A DNA stretch of 63,888 nt, the filler included, from Sphacelaria rigidula (Eukaryota): assembly GCA_964200075.2 (NCBI GenBank). It is 11 parts of 11 records of this genome, joined end to end, with 100 filler letters (N's around TTAATTAATTAA, not from the genome) between each part and the next. Parts side by side here need not be neighbours in the genome. Positions count along the whole stretch, not along the records: positions 34,905 to 40,621 come from CAXNAA020025013.1; positions 40,722 to 46,438 come from CAXNAA020025014.1; positions 46,539 to 52,255 come from CAXNAA020025015.1; 8 more parts are not named here. One strand, given 5' to 3'. The notes below the pieces were generated by a model. The model was not told the DNA's origin and made no database searches. It worked only from the letters and a program-made list of their open reading frames with translations. Of this stretch, positions 36,706-48,504 are shown piece after piece; the stretch's first letter is position 1; every line of letters starts with the position of its first letter. Both the position numbers and the translations under genes were made by a program.

Positions 36706-39599
36706 CAACACTCCATCGACACTGTAGTCGCAGCATCCTTCTCCTCCTCTTGAAAGCCCACACGCCCTGAATATCGCGTCTAGTTTTTCGTGAAAGAGGG
36801 CGCAAGTGCCCGCTATGATTTGCGGGAGCCTGTTGAAATCGTTACGATAAACATCGGAGCGAACATCCCGTGCATTGCCCAAGGGTGTCTCCGCTTGCGC
36901 AAGGTGCTGAAACATACAGAAAATCACCAAATATAACACAAGCCGCAATTAATTTGTCATAATGAGGGAAGCAGCTAATGTGTTGGCTGGGGTCTCTCAG
37001 CATGAGCACCAAGGGATACCATGGTTCCAGCTGACCAAGCTCCCAACGTGGGTACATCATACAATACAACAGGTTCTTCTTATGTAAACTACTGGTTGGA
37101 GACTCACATGTTGATATCATCATATTATACCTACAAGCAGCTCTCTAACATAGTACAGCCAGGGCGCAGCCATAGGAGCAAAGCGTAGTGATGGTGCCAG
37201 AGTAGCGGAAGCAACTAGGTCAGCGACCAAGGCGAAGCCAGCTAGTGCCAAGGTGTGGCGATGGCTTCTAGTCAAGCTCAATATCTCGCCACAAGAATGA
37301 CAATAAAAAACACGAAACAACGCGTCACGGAAACCAGGGTCTACGAGCGGACCCGCATATCGTGATATCTTGCAATGTCACTGATCTTCATCACACTAGC
37401 CCACCCTAGACGAGTCCTTATGCAGTTGAATCAACATCACCTCGGCACAATGTAATTGCGCCGAGAAACTTCAAAATTTAACGAGAAAGAGCTATTCTAC
37501 ACTACACTGGTACAAAAACATGAAGGGAAGAAAAGTATATAAATTATCTCCCACCTCCATAAGCGAGCATCGCTGCGACCCGTCACATCAAACGCTCAAT
37601 TCACACGAAGAAAACGTTGTATCTACGTGACACTCACAGCTTCTGTTGAACAAGAAAACACCGAGGCAAGTCCATCCACAACGTGAAGCACGCACGCGTA
37701 GACTCTATCTACCAACGGAACAAGGAGATAATGCCAGACAACCCGGGAGCAAGGGGGAGAACGCAGTCGCGGCGTAGCATCGCAGCAACTGCTCTCGTCG
37801 GGCGCAGATCGAAATGCTCCACATATTTGTCCGACTCCGTCCCGACACATCCGTCGCGTATAGCGAGAGTGGCACACCGCTCATTTCCGAGGCAGGGCGT
37901 TTGAAGTATCAAATCTGCCTTGAAAAAGGTGCGACGTGAAGTACGGTGCGATCGGGGGGACACTACGCAGCAACAGGGAGGTAAAAGTGGGGGTGCAGCC
38001 TAAGTTCAGGTTTGGTGTGCCCGAAGTGCGAAACTCAAAACCTCTGCGGGAGTGGGCACTAGCCCACCCAAGACGACACTCAGGGCAAGAAGCCAAGGGT
38101 CGTTGGTCAGATTTTTTTCGTTCAGCGCGACGGATCATCTATCGCGTGTTATGAGCAAAAATGAGTGTCAATCAAGAAGAGCCCTCGTCAGAACGCAATA
38201 CCCGACTCAAAGCAACCCTCCGGCGGAAATACGGCCTACAACTAGGGCGGTATATTGGTAATCTTCGGTCACTCTGGACCACGAGCAACGAAATGATACA
38301 AGAGAACACACCCGTGTCATCAGCTTTCCAGGCTACCCCACGGGACAGGGGTAGAACAAGCAAAGAAACACATCCGGATGAATCGTTGAAACGCAGTGAC
38401 TCAACTCGCGATCTCGAACAGTCGTCGGCGGAAATACAGCGTACAACAAGGGCGGTATTATGAACTGTACACGGTGTAACCAAGGACCCGTGCAACAAGA
38501 GGATGTAAGGGAGTAATCCCGTGCGGCAACCTCTCCTAGCTGGTGGCAGGGGGTTGAGCAGTGACAACAAATACATCCGGAGAATACGTGATCAAAATCC
38601 CAAACACGTGAGAGGCCGGGCTAAATTAAATCTACAGTCCCCTCATCGCGTGAAGACCCTCAGAGACGAAAACAAAAAGAACCAAATGCTCAGGGGACAC
38701 TGACAGAAATGCGACAGCGACAAGAGATGTGACTACCGGTACTAGAAACGCAGTCAGGAAGAAGGCGAACTCAACACAAGGGGACACGGTACCGAAACCG
38801 GTGAGGGGCTACAACGCAGCAAAGGGGATGTGGTCCGTTCGTGAACAACTGTATCGCTATTATGTGCATAGAAAGTACTGGACGGAAACAAGACTCGACA
38901 ACAACCGCACGGCAAAATTAGTGTATCAGAGTGCCAGCGGCAACCAACAAGAAGCACGCCGATCTACATATGTAGGACACCGCAAATTGAGAAAACAGCC
39001 GTAGGCAGGGATGGGGGGGGGGGCATTCGGGGGATTCCGAAATCCGCCAAGGTAAGCTCATCGCTCGCCGCATCGCCGAGGTATGCGGGCGGTACGTCGT
39101 AGTAACTGATGTTCAGGCCTACGATACAACCGGTGCTGGGGGGACTGCGATCTGATATTTGACCAGATGGGTCGAAGGGGGTGCTGGTAAGCAGCAAGGG
39201 CAGCGGCATATGGAGGGGGGACGTGGGCTGTGTTCGAAGGCGTCTCTCCTACAAGGGAAAATGTTCGAGCTCAAGCATTATGTCCATAGTACTGCAAAAG
39301 ATTATTGTTTGCACTGATGAGGGGGGACATTGTGCGCTAGGAGTACCTGCGCGGTTACGGGACCATTCCTCTCACCTTGACAAGGGGCGGGAGCCATCTG
39401 ATACTACAGGGAAAAGCTCAATGTAAGGACAGGCATGCCTTTTCGGCGAACGAGGGCCACTTCTAGCAGTTGAGGAGCATCAGAGGGGGCAACACCAGCA
39501 CTACCATCGTATCGTAGGTGGTAAGCAGCTCCGGTAGCTTGTTCATTTTTTTAAAGGCCAAGGCGCCGTGAAGAGTACCGAGATGTTCAAGGCTGACTT

Positions 39600-40072
39600 C
39601 TACACGAGGCGCAGACTGCAGCGATAATGGTGGTAGCGTGCAGCGTACAGTAGGTGCGTTGATCAAACCGCATGTAACTATCGCTGCCCAGGAGCAAGGC
39701 GTGAGACATGGTGCTGTCGGGGACGACTTATGCCCAGAGTGCAAGGCTGGCAAAACGAATTGTGTCGTGAAAGAATTGCACACTGAGGCGTACTGCTTTT
39801 TGTGTGGTCAAATGTGCGGTGGAGTCACCAAAACCGCCCCATACTCGAGGCTGGGTGGTGATTTCGCAAGCTGCTGAAGCAGCGCCAATCCGTTTCATGT
39901 GTTTCCACGTTGATTCACGGATAAAGGTTTGTGGGCTGCCACTCTCTAACAAGGAGACACACTTGGCAGGCGTAGTGGCGTACGGGCCACAATAGGTCGC
40001 TACGCGAGTAGTCAAAGTGACCGGATCGATAGGAACTTTACCTCCGACACGATCCGGGCCATGTTCAGCCAA
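39600..40072 (-). pseudogene. Gypsy-type LTR retrotransposon aspartic protease remnant
   Basis: CVSLLESGSPQTFI (catalytic D-S-G seen as E-S-G)...ASLALWA*VVPDSTMSHALLLGSDS (LLG.D motif), with an in-frame stop. A PBS-like TGGTGAG lies just upstream at ~40150. Confidence 0.7.
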
Positions 40073-40544
40073 GGGAAATTGATTGGGATCAGCAGTGCTG
40101 ACGGCAAGAACGGACGGCGGGTGATCCGCTGGGGGGTCAAATTTCTCACCAGAAATTATGGTGGATGGTGTGTGATTCCCAGGGTTAGCACAGCTCGGCT
40201 AGTCATGAGCAATTTCATAGATGACCGTGTTGGGAAGACAGGGATCAACGTCTAAGGTGGAAGACTACATTTATGTTTTCGTGCGTTTCTTCGCGATTAC
40301 TGCTGATGTTGCTGCTTTTAAATTTATTTGTTTTGGTTAGGAGTCGTGCTTTGGTACACGCATGCTTCAAATGAATCAAGTGGCTAAACTGACCTGATCT
40401 GTTGAGCGTTGGTACAATAACTGCAAGATGGCGTATGCAAGACGCAGACTTCTCTGCCTGTCTCTGTCTCTGTCTGTCACTCCGTCTCTCTCTCGTTTTT
40501 TTCCCTCCCTGTTGTCTCTCTGTTTCGTCTCGTACTGTACTGCC

Positions 40545-40621
40545 CACCCCTATGGAAGAAACGTAATGAGCTACGGAAGGAACGTAATGAGCGCCAGAAT
40601 GTTGGAGGTGTCTCTATTAGG
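40545..40621 (+). mobile_element. 5'-truncated LINE family A fragment
   Basis: WKKRNELRKERNERQNVGGVSIR, starting directly after cccacccc and cut by the contig end. Confidence 0.7.
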
Positions 40622-41399
40622 NNNNNNNNNNNNNNNNNNNNNNNNNNNNNNNNNNNNNNNNNNNNTTAATTAATTAANNNNNNNNNNNNNNNNNNNNNNN
40701 NNNNNNNNNNNNNNNNNNNNNCCTCGCCAGAAACACTGCGCAGGGTACGTAAACCCTGTAGACCCCCTCCACAGGGTGCTATCTGTCCACGTTTGTACAC
40801 TCAATTGGCGCTCTACTCTCGATTTACTGCAGTCTAGCTAACACCCGAGGAACTGAATCGATGACAATGCAAAGATAATCACACGGTGAATAAATAGCCC
40901 GCCATGAACAGGCTTTTGTGGTTCTGGTTCCTTTTTTTAAGTTTTGCACGATCTTGAAGAGGCTTTTGTGGTTTGGGATCGGCACCCCGCGAAAGAGAGC
41001 CTGTGTGGGCGGCTTTTGATGGCCAGAACACGCGCCACCGGTATCACATGACACCTAAACCTCACAGATAATGTGCCGCTGCACCCTCTTTGCACTGCCA
41101 AACAAAAAACGGTATAAAATGCCTTGCCACCAGAGAAAACTCGGCAAAAGTGGTGAAAATTGTGAGATGATATATGTACATATATACTGATCAGAAAATA
41201 TAGTGACAGAAGAGGTGACCCTGTATATATCCCTCCTGATACCTATCTGGCCACCGGTACGGGGCCGCCCATCCCATTCTTCCCAGTATGCAATCATCAT
41301 AATATCTTGGCTAAACACCACGATTACAGAAAATGCGGGTCGATATGCGCCTTTTGGTACCCCTGTGGTCACCGGGGCTGTGTTGCCTATACCCTGGGA

Positions 41400-42360
41400 A
41401 ATACAGTATATTCCAATATCATACCAATACTTTGTATTGGAACCAGCGCAAAAACTGTGCTTTCAATATATATACCATGTTGAGATGTCCTCGGAGACAT
41501 TGAAGCAACAGCATATATTGCTCGTATCATGACCATAAAGTAACTTATGTCAATATATATTGGACATGCACTTGCTCCGGGAATAAAACCTTCAATATAT
41601 ATTGTGCATGCCGGCCGTGTATGTATTGAAGTGTCAATATATACTGAGTCGAAGCGATGCGTAGATATTTTACCATAATATATATTGAACGCAAGCCATG
41701 CAGAAGTATTCTATTTCCAATACATATTGCGCGCGCAAGCCGCATAGCTATTGTGCAGCCGATATGTATTGAAGACGCTTGCGGGGGGATGTAATGAGCG
41801 TTTTTGGAATGTTGTGACACATCTTCGAATGGCGCCCGCGAACAAAGAACTGCTCACTATACTAATTCCAATACGCTTTCCAACCCACATGTTGAAAATC
41901 AATATATGTATATATACATATAGCTACACCAATATATATATATATGTATATATATTGTGACCGTCGGTTCCCTCGTGTATTGGCCGCCAAACATGTATTG
42001 GACGCACTGACGCACGACATATTGGGGTGGCAATATATATTGGTGCTCCGGGTGTTGAGTATATTGAATCATCAATATATACTGACCTCGTGTGGCAGCC
42101 AGTATATTACTCGACAAATATATTTTGGTGCCTTGTCGCACCAAAAATTACTCGGCCAATATATATTGAGGTGGCGCGTGTCGTGATATGTTGTTCGGTC
42201 AATATATATTGCATGTCGCGAGGCTTGACTATTGATGACACAATATATATTGATCCTCTCTCGTACCATCATATTGCTCGCCCAATATATACATATAAAT
42301 ATATATTTATATATTGACCACCCGACGCATTGACGTATTCAGCGGGCAAAATATATCACG
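41400..42360. repeat. ~1-kb array of CAATATATATTG palindromic motifs with variable spacers
   Basis: More than 20 motif copies in both orientations; same family as 16780-17225. Confidence 0.8.
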
Positions 42361-43204
42361 TGTTGCATTGTCCAGGGTTTGATATCTTCCCAAACTTTGC
42401 ATGTGAGGAGGTCACCCATTACAAACCGGGGCGATATGATGGTTTCAAGAGGGACGCGGGTGCTCTATGATCAACCCCTTGCCGTTGCATTCGTGGCCCA
42501 CACCATTAACCTGCGACCGTAAACGTCTCGCCTACGAATACTGTAGGGTTCAAGAAGCGCTTGCAGCAGTACGTCAGGCAAGCCCGGACAAAGCCTGTAG
42601 GTAGCTTTCGTAGCTGTACTGACTGTCTGTGCAATCACCGTAGCATCGAGATTGACAATGGTTGTAGATGTCTTCGGCTGATCATGTTGATCAGATGAAC
42701 TTCAGCAACAACAGCCCCTTGCTGTCTGCTCAAATAGATTCCTGCTCGTTTGTAGTTTCTGCGACGAAGATGGCGATGTGTTTCAAGCCATTATTTTTAC
42801 TAACTAAGCATAGAAACTTGAGTGAAGAGAGGTGAGGGAGGCGAGTGAGAGAGTAGGCGTAGAGCACTACACTGTCACGACTGCCTTAGATCAACAATCC
42901 ACTGCGTCTCAAGATCAGCGGTACATTTCCCCAGATAAAGGAACTCTGAGTAACTCGCCTTTCTCTAATCACAAAAAACGTTCTCAGTAAGTTTGCCAGG
43001 ATAATCGAATACCCCGCAATCCCCCCTCTCGTGCTTCTGGCTTCTGTTCGTAGATCAACAATATTGACCACCCTCCCTGGTTTCATCGGCTAACAAGCCC
43101 AAGCATGACCTTATTGTTATTGAATAAACTACACTAGTTCTCCGTACTAGCACCGCTCATCTCAGGTGATGAGGTCCACCACCACAACAACGAAAAAACG
43201 GTGA

Positions 43205-44800
43205 ATTCCACATCCTGCCTGACAGAAAAACTCGGTGCCCTTCGAAGCTCTCTCCACCAATGGCTTTGGTTAGGATATCTGCATGCTGCTCTTATGATGG
43301 AATGTACTTTACGTAAATGTCACCACTAGCACCCAACTCCCGGAGGAAATGATACTGAATATCAATGTGTTTGCTGTTGGACGAGCTGAAGGGGTTTTCA
43401 GCTAAGTCTTCTCGACCCTTTCTTGTCCTTCAAAACGCCAATTATTTTTTACCCCAAACTGGGCATTTGGAACTGCAGAATCCCCTTCACATACAGGGTC
43501 TCCCTGATACTGTCTATCATTGCTGCATACTCTGCATTAGTAGTAGAAAGGGCAATGAAATTTTGCGCCCTAGAAAATTTTGACACCAGCGTACCTCCGC
43601 AGCAAATAGCTACACCGAAAACGGATCGTCGGTCCTTTGCCTGATGGCCGTTGTCTGCGTCAACGTACGTATCCAGATCAGAATCCAACTGAATACATCG
43701 CAAGTCGCTGCTTTTCTTGAACGGTAAACCGATTTCAAGTACTCGAGTCTCGACAACGTTTGCGTGAGATCGAGAGTAAAGCGCTGATTGAGAGTGGCTT
43801 CGATCATTCACTTTGACGTAGCCAACTTTTCATTCCGTATGTGCTTCCCTTTGCCCCTATCACTGGCGTGCGCCTACAGCTACACGTCGATATTCTCCTC
43901 AAGCATATCAAGGGTCTCAGTGGCAAGCTTCTACAGAAAGTATATCGGGCATCGTGGAGGCGCATTTCGGAACCGAAATATTTCATTCACAAACTGACCG
44001 CTTCCCACTCTCAATTGACTCCTCTACTCTCAATCTCACAAAAGCGTTGTTTATCGTATGTGCTGCCTTGTAGTCAGTCAGTTTGAGTTCATGAGAGACC
44101 CTAGCGAATTCCCGAATTGCATTCGCGATATCGTGCCTCGTCTGGTTTTCTCTCCACACATAGCTGCCCACGATCTCACGGGAAGGCACATCCACCACGG
44201 TCTCCGCCTCGCTTGCACATCTGAGGTCCAAAGAAGAGGTAGCGGAAATGGGGCAAGTCGAAACGACTTAGCACGCTCTTCATGTACTGGGGTTGTGAAC
44301 TCTTCGAAGTACCTTTCTCCCGGTCCCTTTTGTATTCTCCCCCCACGTGCGACTCTACCTCTCCGGGATGTTTAGTGAGAAACCTCCGGTTGAGTGCACC
44401 GACTATTAACCTCTTACTTCCTCAGTAGCTGCTATCATGATATCGTCGACATGATAGACCAACATCGCCACCACGCCTTCAGCAACCCTCAGTCGAAACA
44501 CACAGGGATCTACGAAGCATTGCCCGAAACCACACTCTACAAGAGTTGACGACAGTAAGAGTTGATACCATGCACGACCACTCTGCTTCAAACCGTACAA
44601 GCATTGGTAGGGCGCTATACCTTACCAGATACTGATCAACAGTCGGGGGGCAGGCGTGAATAGATACCGGCGTCCTACTCCGACTGAATAAAAGCCTGTT
44701 CTACATCCAAGTGCCTCAACTCCGAGTCTAGCCTACATGCCATAGCGCCACTGACCTGTTTGACGTAGCAGATACCGTCGGGACGAATGTGTCAAAGCAG
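43205..44800 (-). pseudogene. Ty1/Copia RT-RNase H remnant
   Basis: HLDVEQAF; YGLKQSGRAWY...DPCVF...HVDDI; TRHDIANA; YVDAD...DRRSV.G...ALSTTNAEY; KHIDIQYHFLRE...QHADILTK. Multiple stops and frameshifts. Confidence 0.92.
43753..44050. mobile_element. ~300-bp TIR element nested in the Copia RT
   Basis: acaacgtttgcgtgagatcgagagta ... tactctcaatctcacaaaagcgttgt are imperfect TIRs. The insert splits the Copia motif KAAHTI|LEYL. Confidence 0.65.
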
Positions 44801-46538
44801 TTTATTCTCTCTACCTAACTGTTATGGGCGCGCCTGACCCCCCAAAATGGGCAAAAAACGTGTCACCGACCAAAACCACGAAAAGACACGAACAGATCGG
44901 CTTTTGGGGCTTATCTAGGCCCGTCGGGTAAAATACGCCTTACGTCATCGGAAGAGAACGACATAGATCAAAATTCATATAGAGAACCCTACAGCTACTC
45001 CCCTGGATGTTCCTCATATATTGCATGCCACTGCGTCGCTTTTCGTCCGCGCTTGCTATACGCTGGAATGCTACGAGGCTAGTTGGGTTGATCCAACCCA
45101 ACGCACACCGAGAACCCTCGGGCAAGGGCGGTACATACATCCTCTAAACAAAGTGAGGCCTTGGTAGAGCCCAAATCTACGCCTGTGGCGCCGATTTCAA
45201 CGAAAACACGTTCTGCTCACACGAGGGGCCCACAGGACTGTCAGTTCTACCTATATTCCGATTCTCGTTGTGCACACTCAAACCAAGTAATATCAACCAT
45301 GAACATTTATAGCCCAACGCCGGTACAGTAACTGAAACCGGAACGCTGAACCATTTATTTTATGGAACGCGGATTGGAAATTGGGGCAAACTCATATGCT
45401 CAATATGATACAGAATCATATGTGCCGAAGAACTTCAATGAGGACGGCCCTTACATCGGGTGTGTCATGAAGGCTGGCGGATGCTGGTCGACTTCCTCGT
45501 CATGTCTTGAGGAGTTTGATTTATCCAACCCCATCGTTCTAAAACTTTAGCGGATGAATGACTCGCCCTGTGCAAGTGTATTTGTTGTTCCGTGGGTATG
45601 CCTGCTGTTCATTTCATGAATATGCACGGTTTTCTTCTGACTCCCAAGATATCGTGTTCCAAGAGGGAATGAAAAACCGTCGGCCGTCACCCACCACTGC
45701 CGATACAACGGACGCGTGTCTTAGAACGGGTTGGTGCACTGAAAGGCATAAATGAGGCTTCGGTGCCAGCTTACTTCAGCAAAAGTGAGCCGACGACTTT
45801 ATGCTGTCTTTTGCGTCGTCCTGACGCAGTATATAGTTCACCATTCGGGAGGGAAAGTTGATCCATCTTGATTTAAGTGTGAACACGGAAATCCGGATCT
45901 TTTCATGGGAGCTGTGCTCCTGGTATGCTCCTAGCATGCCCACAACGCATTTGTTTCTGAATCAGGGCCTGGGGCACCGATTTGAGGTCTGGCAACCCAC
46001 ACTTCGCTTAGGGAACACCTTGCACCCGCCTTGCCCGAGGATTCTCGGTATGCCCTTGTTGTGGGTAGGGTGAGGTTTGGTTTTATAATTTGTTCGCTTC
46101 GCTGCTGCAAGGTTGCAAAGATGATTTTTGCTTTCGTTCGTGCGACTCATGATCATGTCTATATCGGCTGTTGGAGTGTGTTGCCATTGCGGATACTGCT
46201 TTCTCTTCTTGAACGCCAGCTTGCTATGCGGCTTTCTTTTCTTCAGTTCAGAGTTTGTTCATACTTGCTGCCATCTACGCTATCGATGGTGGCGTGGTGA
46301 TGGCACCGGGTGCAGGAGAACGAGCGCGACTCTTGGCACTATCACAAGCGATGCACAGATGGGAGACCCGATCGGATCGCCGAAATACCCTGAAATTGGA
46401 TTTTCCCGTAGGACCCCAACATTTCGGTTATTGACATCNNNNNNNNNNNNNNNNNNNNNNNNNNNNNNNNNNNNNNNNNNNNTTAATTAATTAANNNNNN
46501 NNNNNNNNNNNNNNNNNNNNNNNNNNNNNNNNNNNNNN

Positions 46539-46621
46539 TGCGAGAAAAGATCCCAGATCGCTCCGGGAATCGAACCCCACTACTCAACCGTCAGAAGGTT
46601 TCGAGGTTACCGGGCGACCGG
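46539..46621 (-). mobile_element. tRNA-headed SINE family A, head with internal deletion
   Basis: Minus strand ccggtcgcccggtaacctcgaaaccttctgacgg...ggttcgattccc...ctgggatc matches 49044-49140. Confidence 0.7.
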
Positions 46622-46877
46622 AGTGTACGCTGGGTTAAATATCGCCAACAAGATATCTGCGTGGTAAAGCAGTTGTGTCGCGATCGAAAAATCATCGTGA
46701 CACCCCTGGTCACGTCTACCCGAGTGCTCAAGCGCCAACGAACAGCCGAGAAGCGCCGATCCTGACGACACCGCAGACATACAGTGTGGCACTGGTTTTG
46801 ATGGGAAGTAAATAGTAAGCACCTGTAAGCATCGGCACAGAGTGACGAAACGGCAAGACTGAAGCGCAATGCCTCAC

Positions 46878-47018
46878 CTTCACGGCGACCGCAACACAAT
46901 ATTTCGGCACTGTCTTCATGATTCCCGCCGACGTCCCGTGCCAAAGCGCTGATACGCCGCCCCTTCCATATATAAGCGCCAGCGATTCCCTCACGGACCC
47001 GACGCGAGACTCTGGATT
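46878..47018 (-). CDS. Mitochondrial carrier family protein, exon d
   Basis: ccag|AAT and AAG|GTGAGG, 47 codons. NPESRVGSVRESLALIYGRGGVSALWHGTSAGIMKTVPKYCVAVAVK contains the G...LW.G carrier motif. Confidence 0.82.
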
Positions 47019-47396
47019 CTGGACAGCGAGAAGTGCAACGTACATGAGTTTACATGCGTTCCAGTTTCACAGGGGCTTTATACGTAGATTGCTGCACCAC
47101 GACGGTAGAATACCGGCACAGACAGGACACGTTTACTGTAGGCAGCCGATCGTTCGCACGAGAAGTCAAGTTTTCGCGTACGAACGGAGAGGCACGCGCC
47201 CGCGCCAGCGAGGGAGGGGGACGGGTGGGGGGTTGTGATCAGGATATCTGGGTCTTCACCTACCGTCACCACAACTTGTGCGAGCCTCGGTTCGAGTGGC
47301 TGGACGTGCAGGGCTTGGCTTTCACTGTATTCGCTGAACATGAGCAAGCGATGAACTCTCGGTCCAATCGCGAACGTGGGTATTGTTGGCGCTCAC

Positions 47397-47409
47397 CTGG
47401 ATTGTGATC
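47397..47409 (-). CDS. Mitochondrial carrier family protein, 13-nt microexon
   Basis: caacag|G ATC ACA ATC CAG|GTGAGC bridges the phase-2 end of exon b to the phase-0 start of exon d, giving NMPIIRATITIQNP. Confidence 0.7.
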
Positions 47410-47658
47410 CTGTTGCCGGGGGAAGGCATTGAAACAACAGAAGCCGCCAGACGGTCAAGCAAGGAGGGAAGTCGGAGCGAAGGGCGCAAAAGATTTTTCA
47501 GGGTGCTTGGATCGCAGAAGGGGGACGACTTATTCATTGAAAACCAAACAGATAAGGTGCAATTTCTTCATCACGCGATGCATCACCCTTCCCGCCTCCC
47601 GCAACGCTAATCAGAACCTCAAAAGAAAACAACCGACCCACGCTGGCATAGTTCTCAC

Positions 47659-47816
47659 GTTGCGCGAATGATGGGCATGTTGATCAGCTGCACAAACGTC
47701 GACAAAAGCAGGGGCGGCAGGCCGACGGAGACGAAGCGATTGGTGGTGCCCAGGTCTTCGAGCGTGCTTTTACCCAGGTCACTCCCGTAGAAGATGAAAG
47801 CGCGCGCCCATGTCAT
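47659..47816 (-). CDS. Mitochondrial carrier family protein, exon b
   Basis: tag|ATG and AC|GTGAGA. Reads MTWARAFIFYGSDLGKSTLEDLGTTNRFVSVGLPPLLLSTFVQLINMPIIRA. Not in the ORF track. Confidence 0.78.
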
Positions 47817-48225
47817 CTACCACAGGGATGGTACAACACACGAGGCCATGGCGATCGCACGGAATTACGGTAGAGGCATATTTGCACCTGGAAGGTTCAA
47901 CCTGTCGAGGACCGGCACTCACATGCCGTCCAAAAGTTGAAAACACGCCGTGGACGAGTCGAAACCATCCATCACACGGCCAATGATCAAAACGTTTTTT
48001 CCCACCCTTTGATGTTGGGAAACCTAGGGTCTCCTCAGTAGCGAGGAGCGAATACAACAGCAACAAAGGGTGAAGCGAGGTAGTAACGTTATTGAACGGC
48101 AGTCCTCCGCGAGTGGAAAAACATCCTTCTGGTACTTGTACAGCACTGTTCTCTAATCGACAGGATCAGCGTACCGAACAGTCATTTTTTTCGCCTTGCA
48201 CGGCATCTATGGTTCAAGGTCTCAC

Positions 48226-48280
48226 CCCAAGGATCGTCGCTGCCACTCCCTTGTACGGTGGTTTAAGAGCCTCCACATAC
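48226..48280 (-). CDS. Mitochondrial carrier (SLC25) family protein, exon a
   Basis: ctag|G and GGG|GTGAGA. Reads YVEALKPPYKGVAATILG; YKG is the carrier [YWF][KR]G motif. Confidence 0.72.
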
Positions 48281-48504
48281 CTAGCGATGACGATGGGCCA
48301 AGATTGGGGTAGTTTCGTGAGTTTCGTAAAAAGCATATTTTCACTGCAAGAATGACTGAACCCTTCTAGCGCACGTGGCCAAGTAGCAGATGGGACAGTC
48401 CCGTCGATGCTTGGAGGATGGCAGTAGTGTAGGCGTAGACTGCCGCTAGTTGGTCGTCATTTCTCAAGAGTTGAAGTTTTGACCAAAGGAATGCGGCCTG
48501 ACAT

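Noticed and set aside
37109..37375. Solo LTR (TG...CA)
   Set aside because: Terminal inverted match is weak, with no TSD or second copy.
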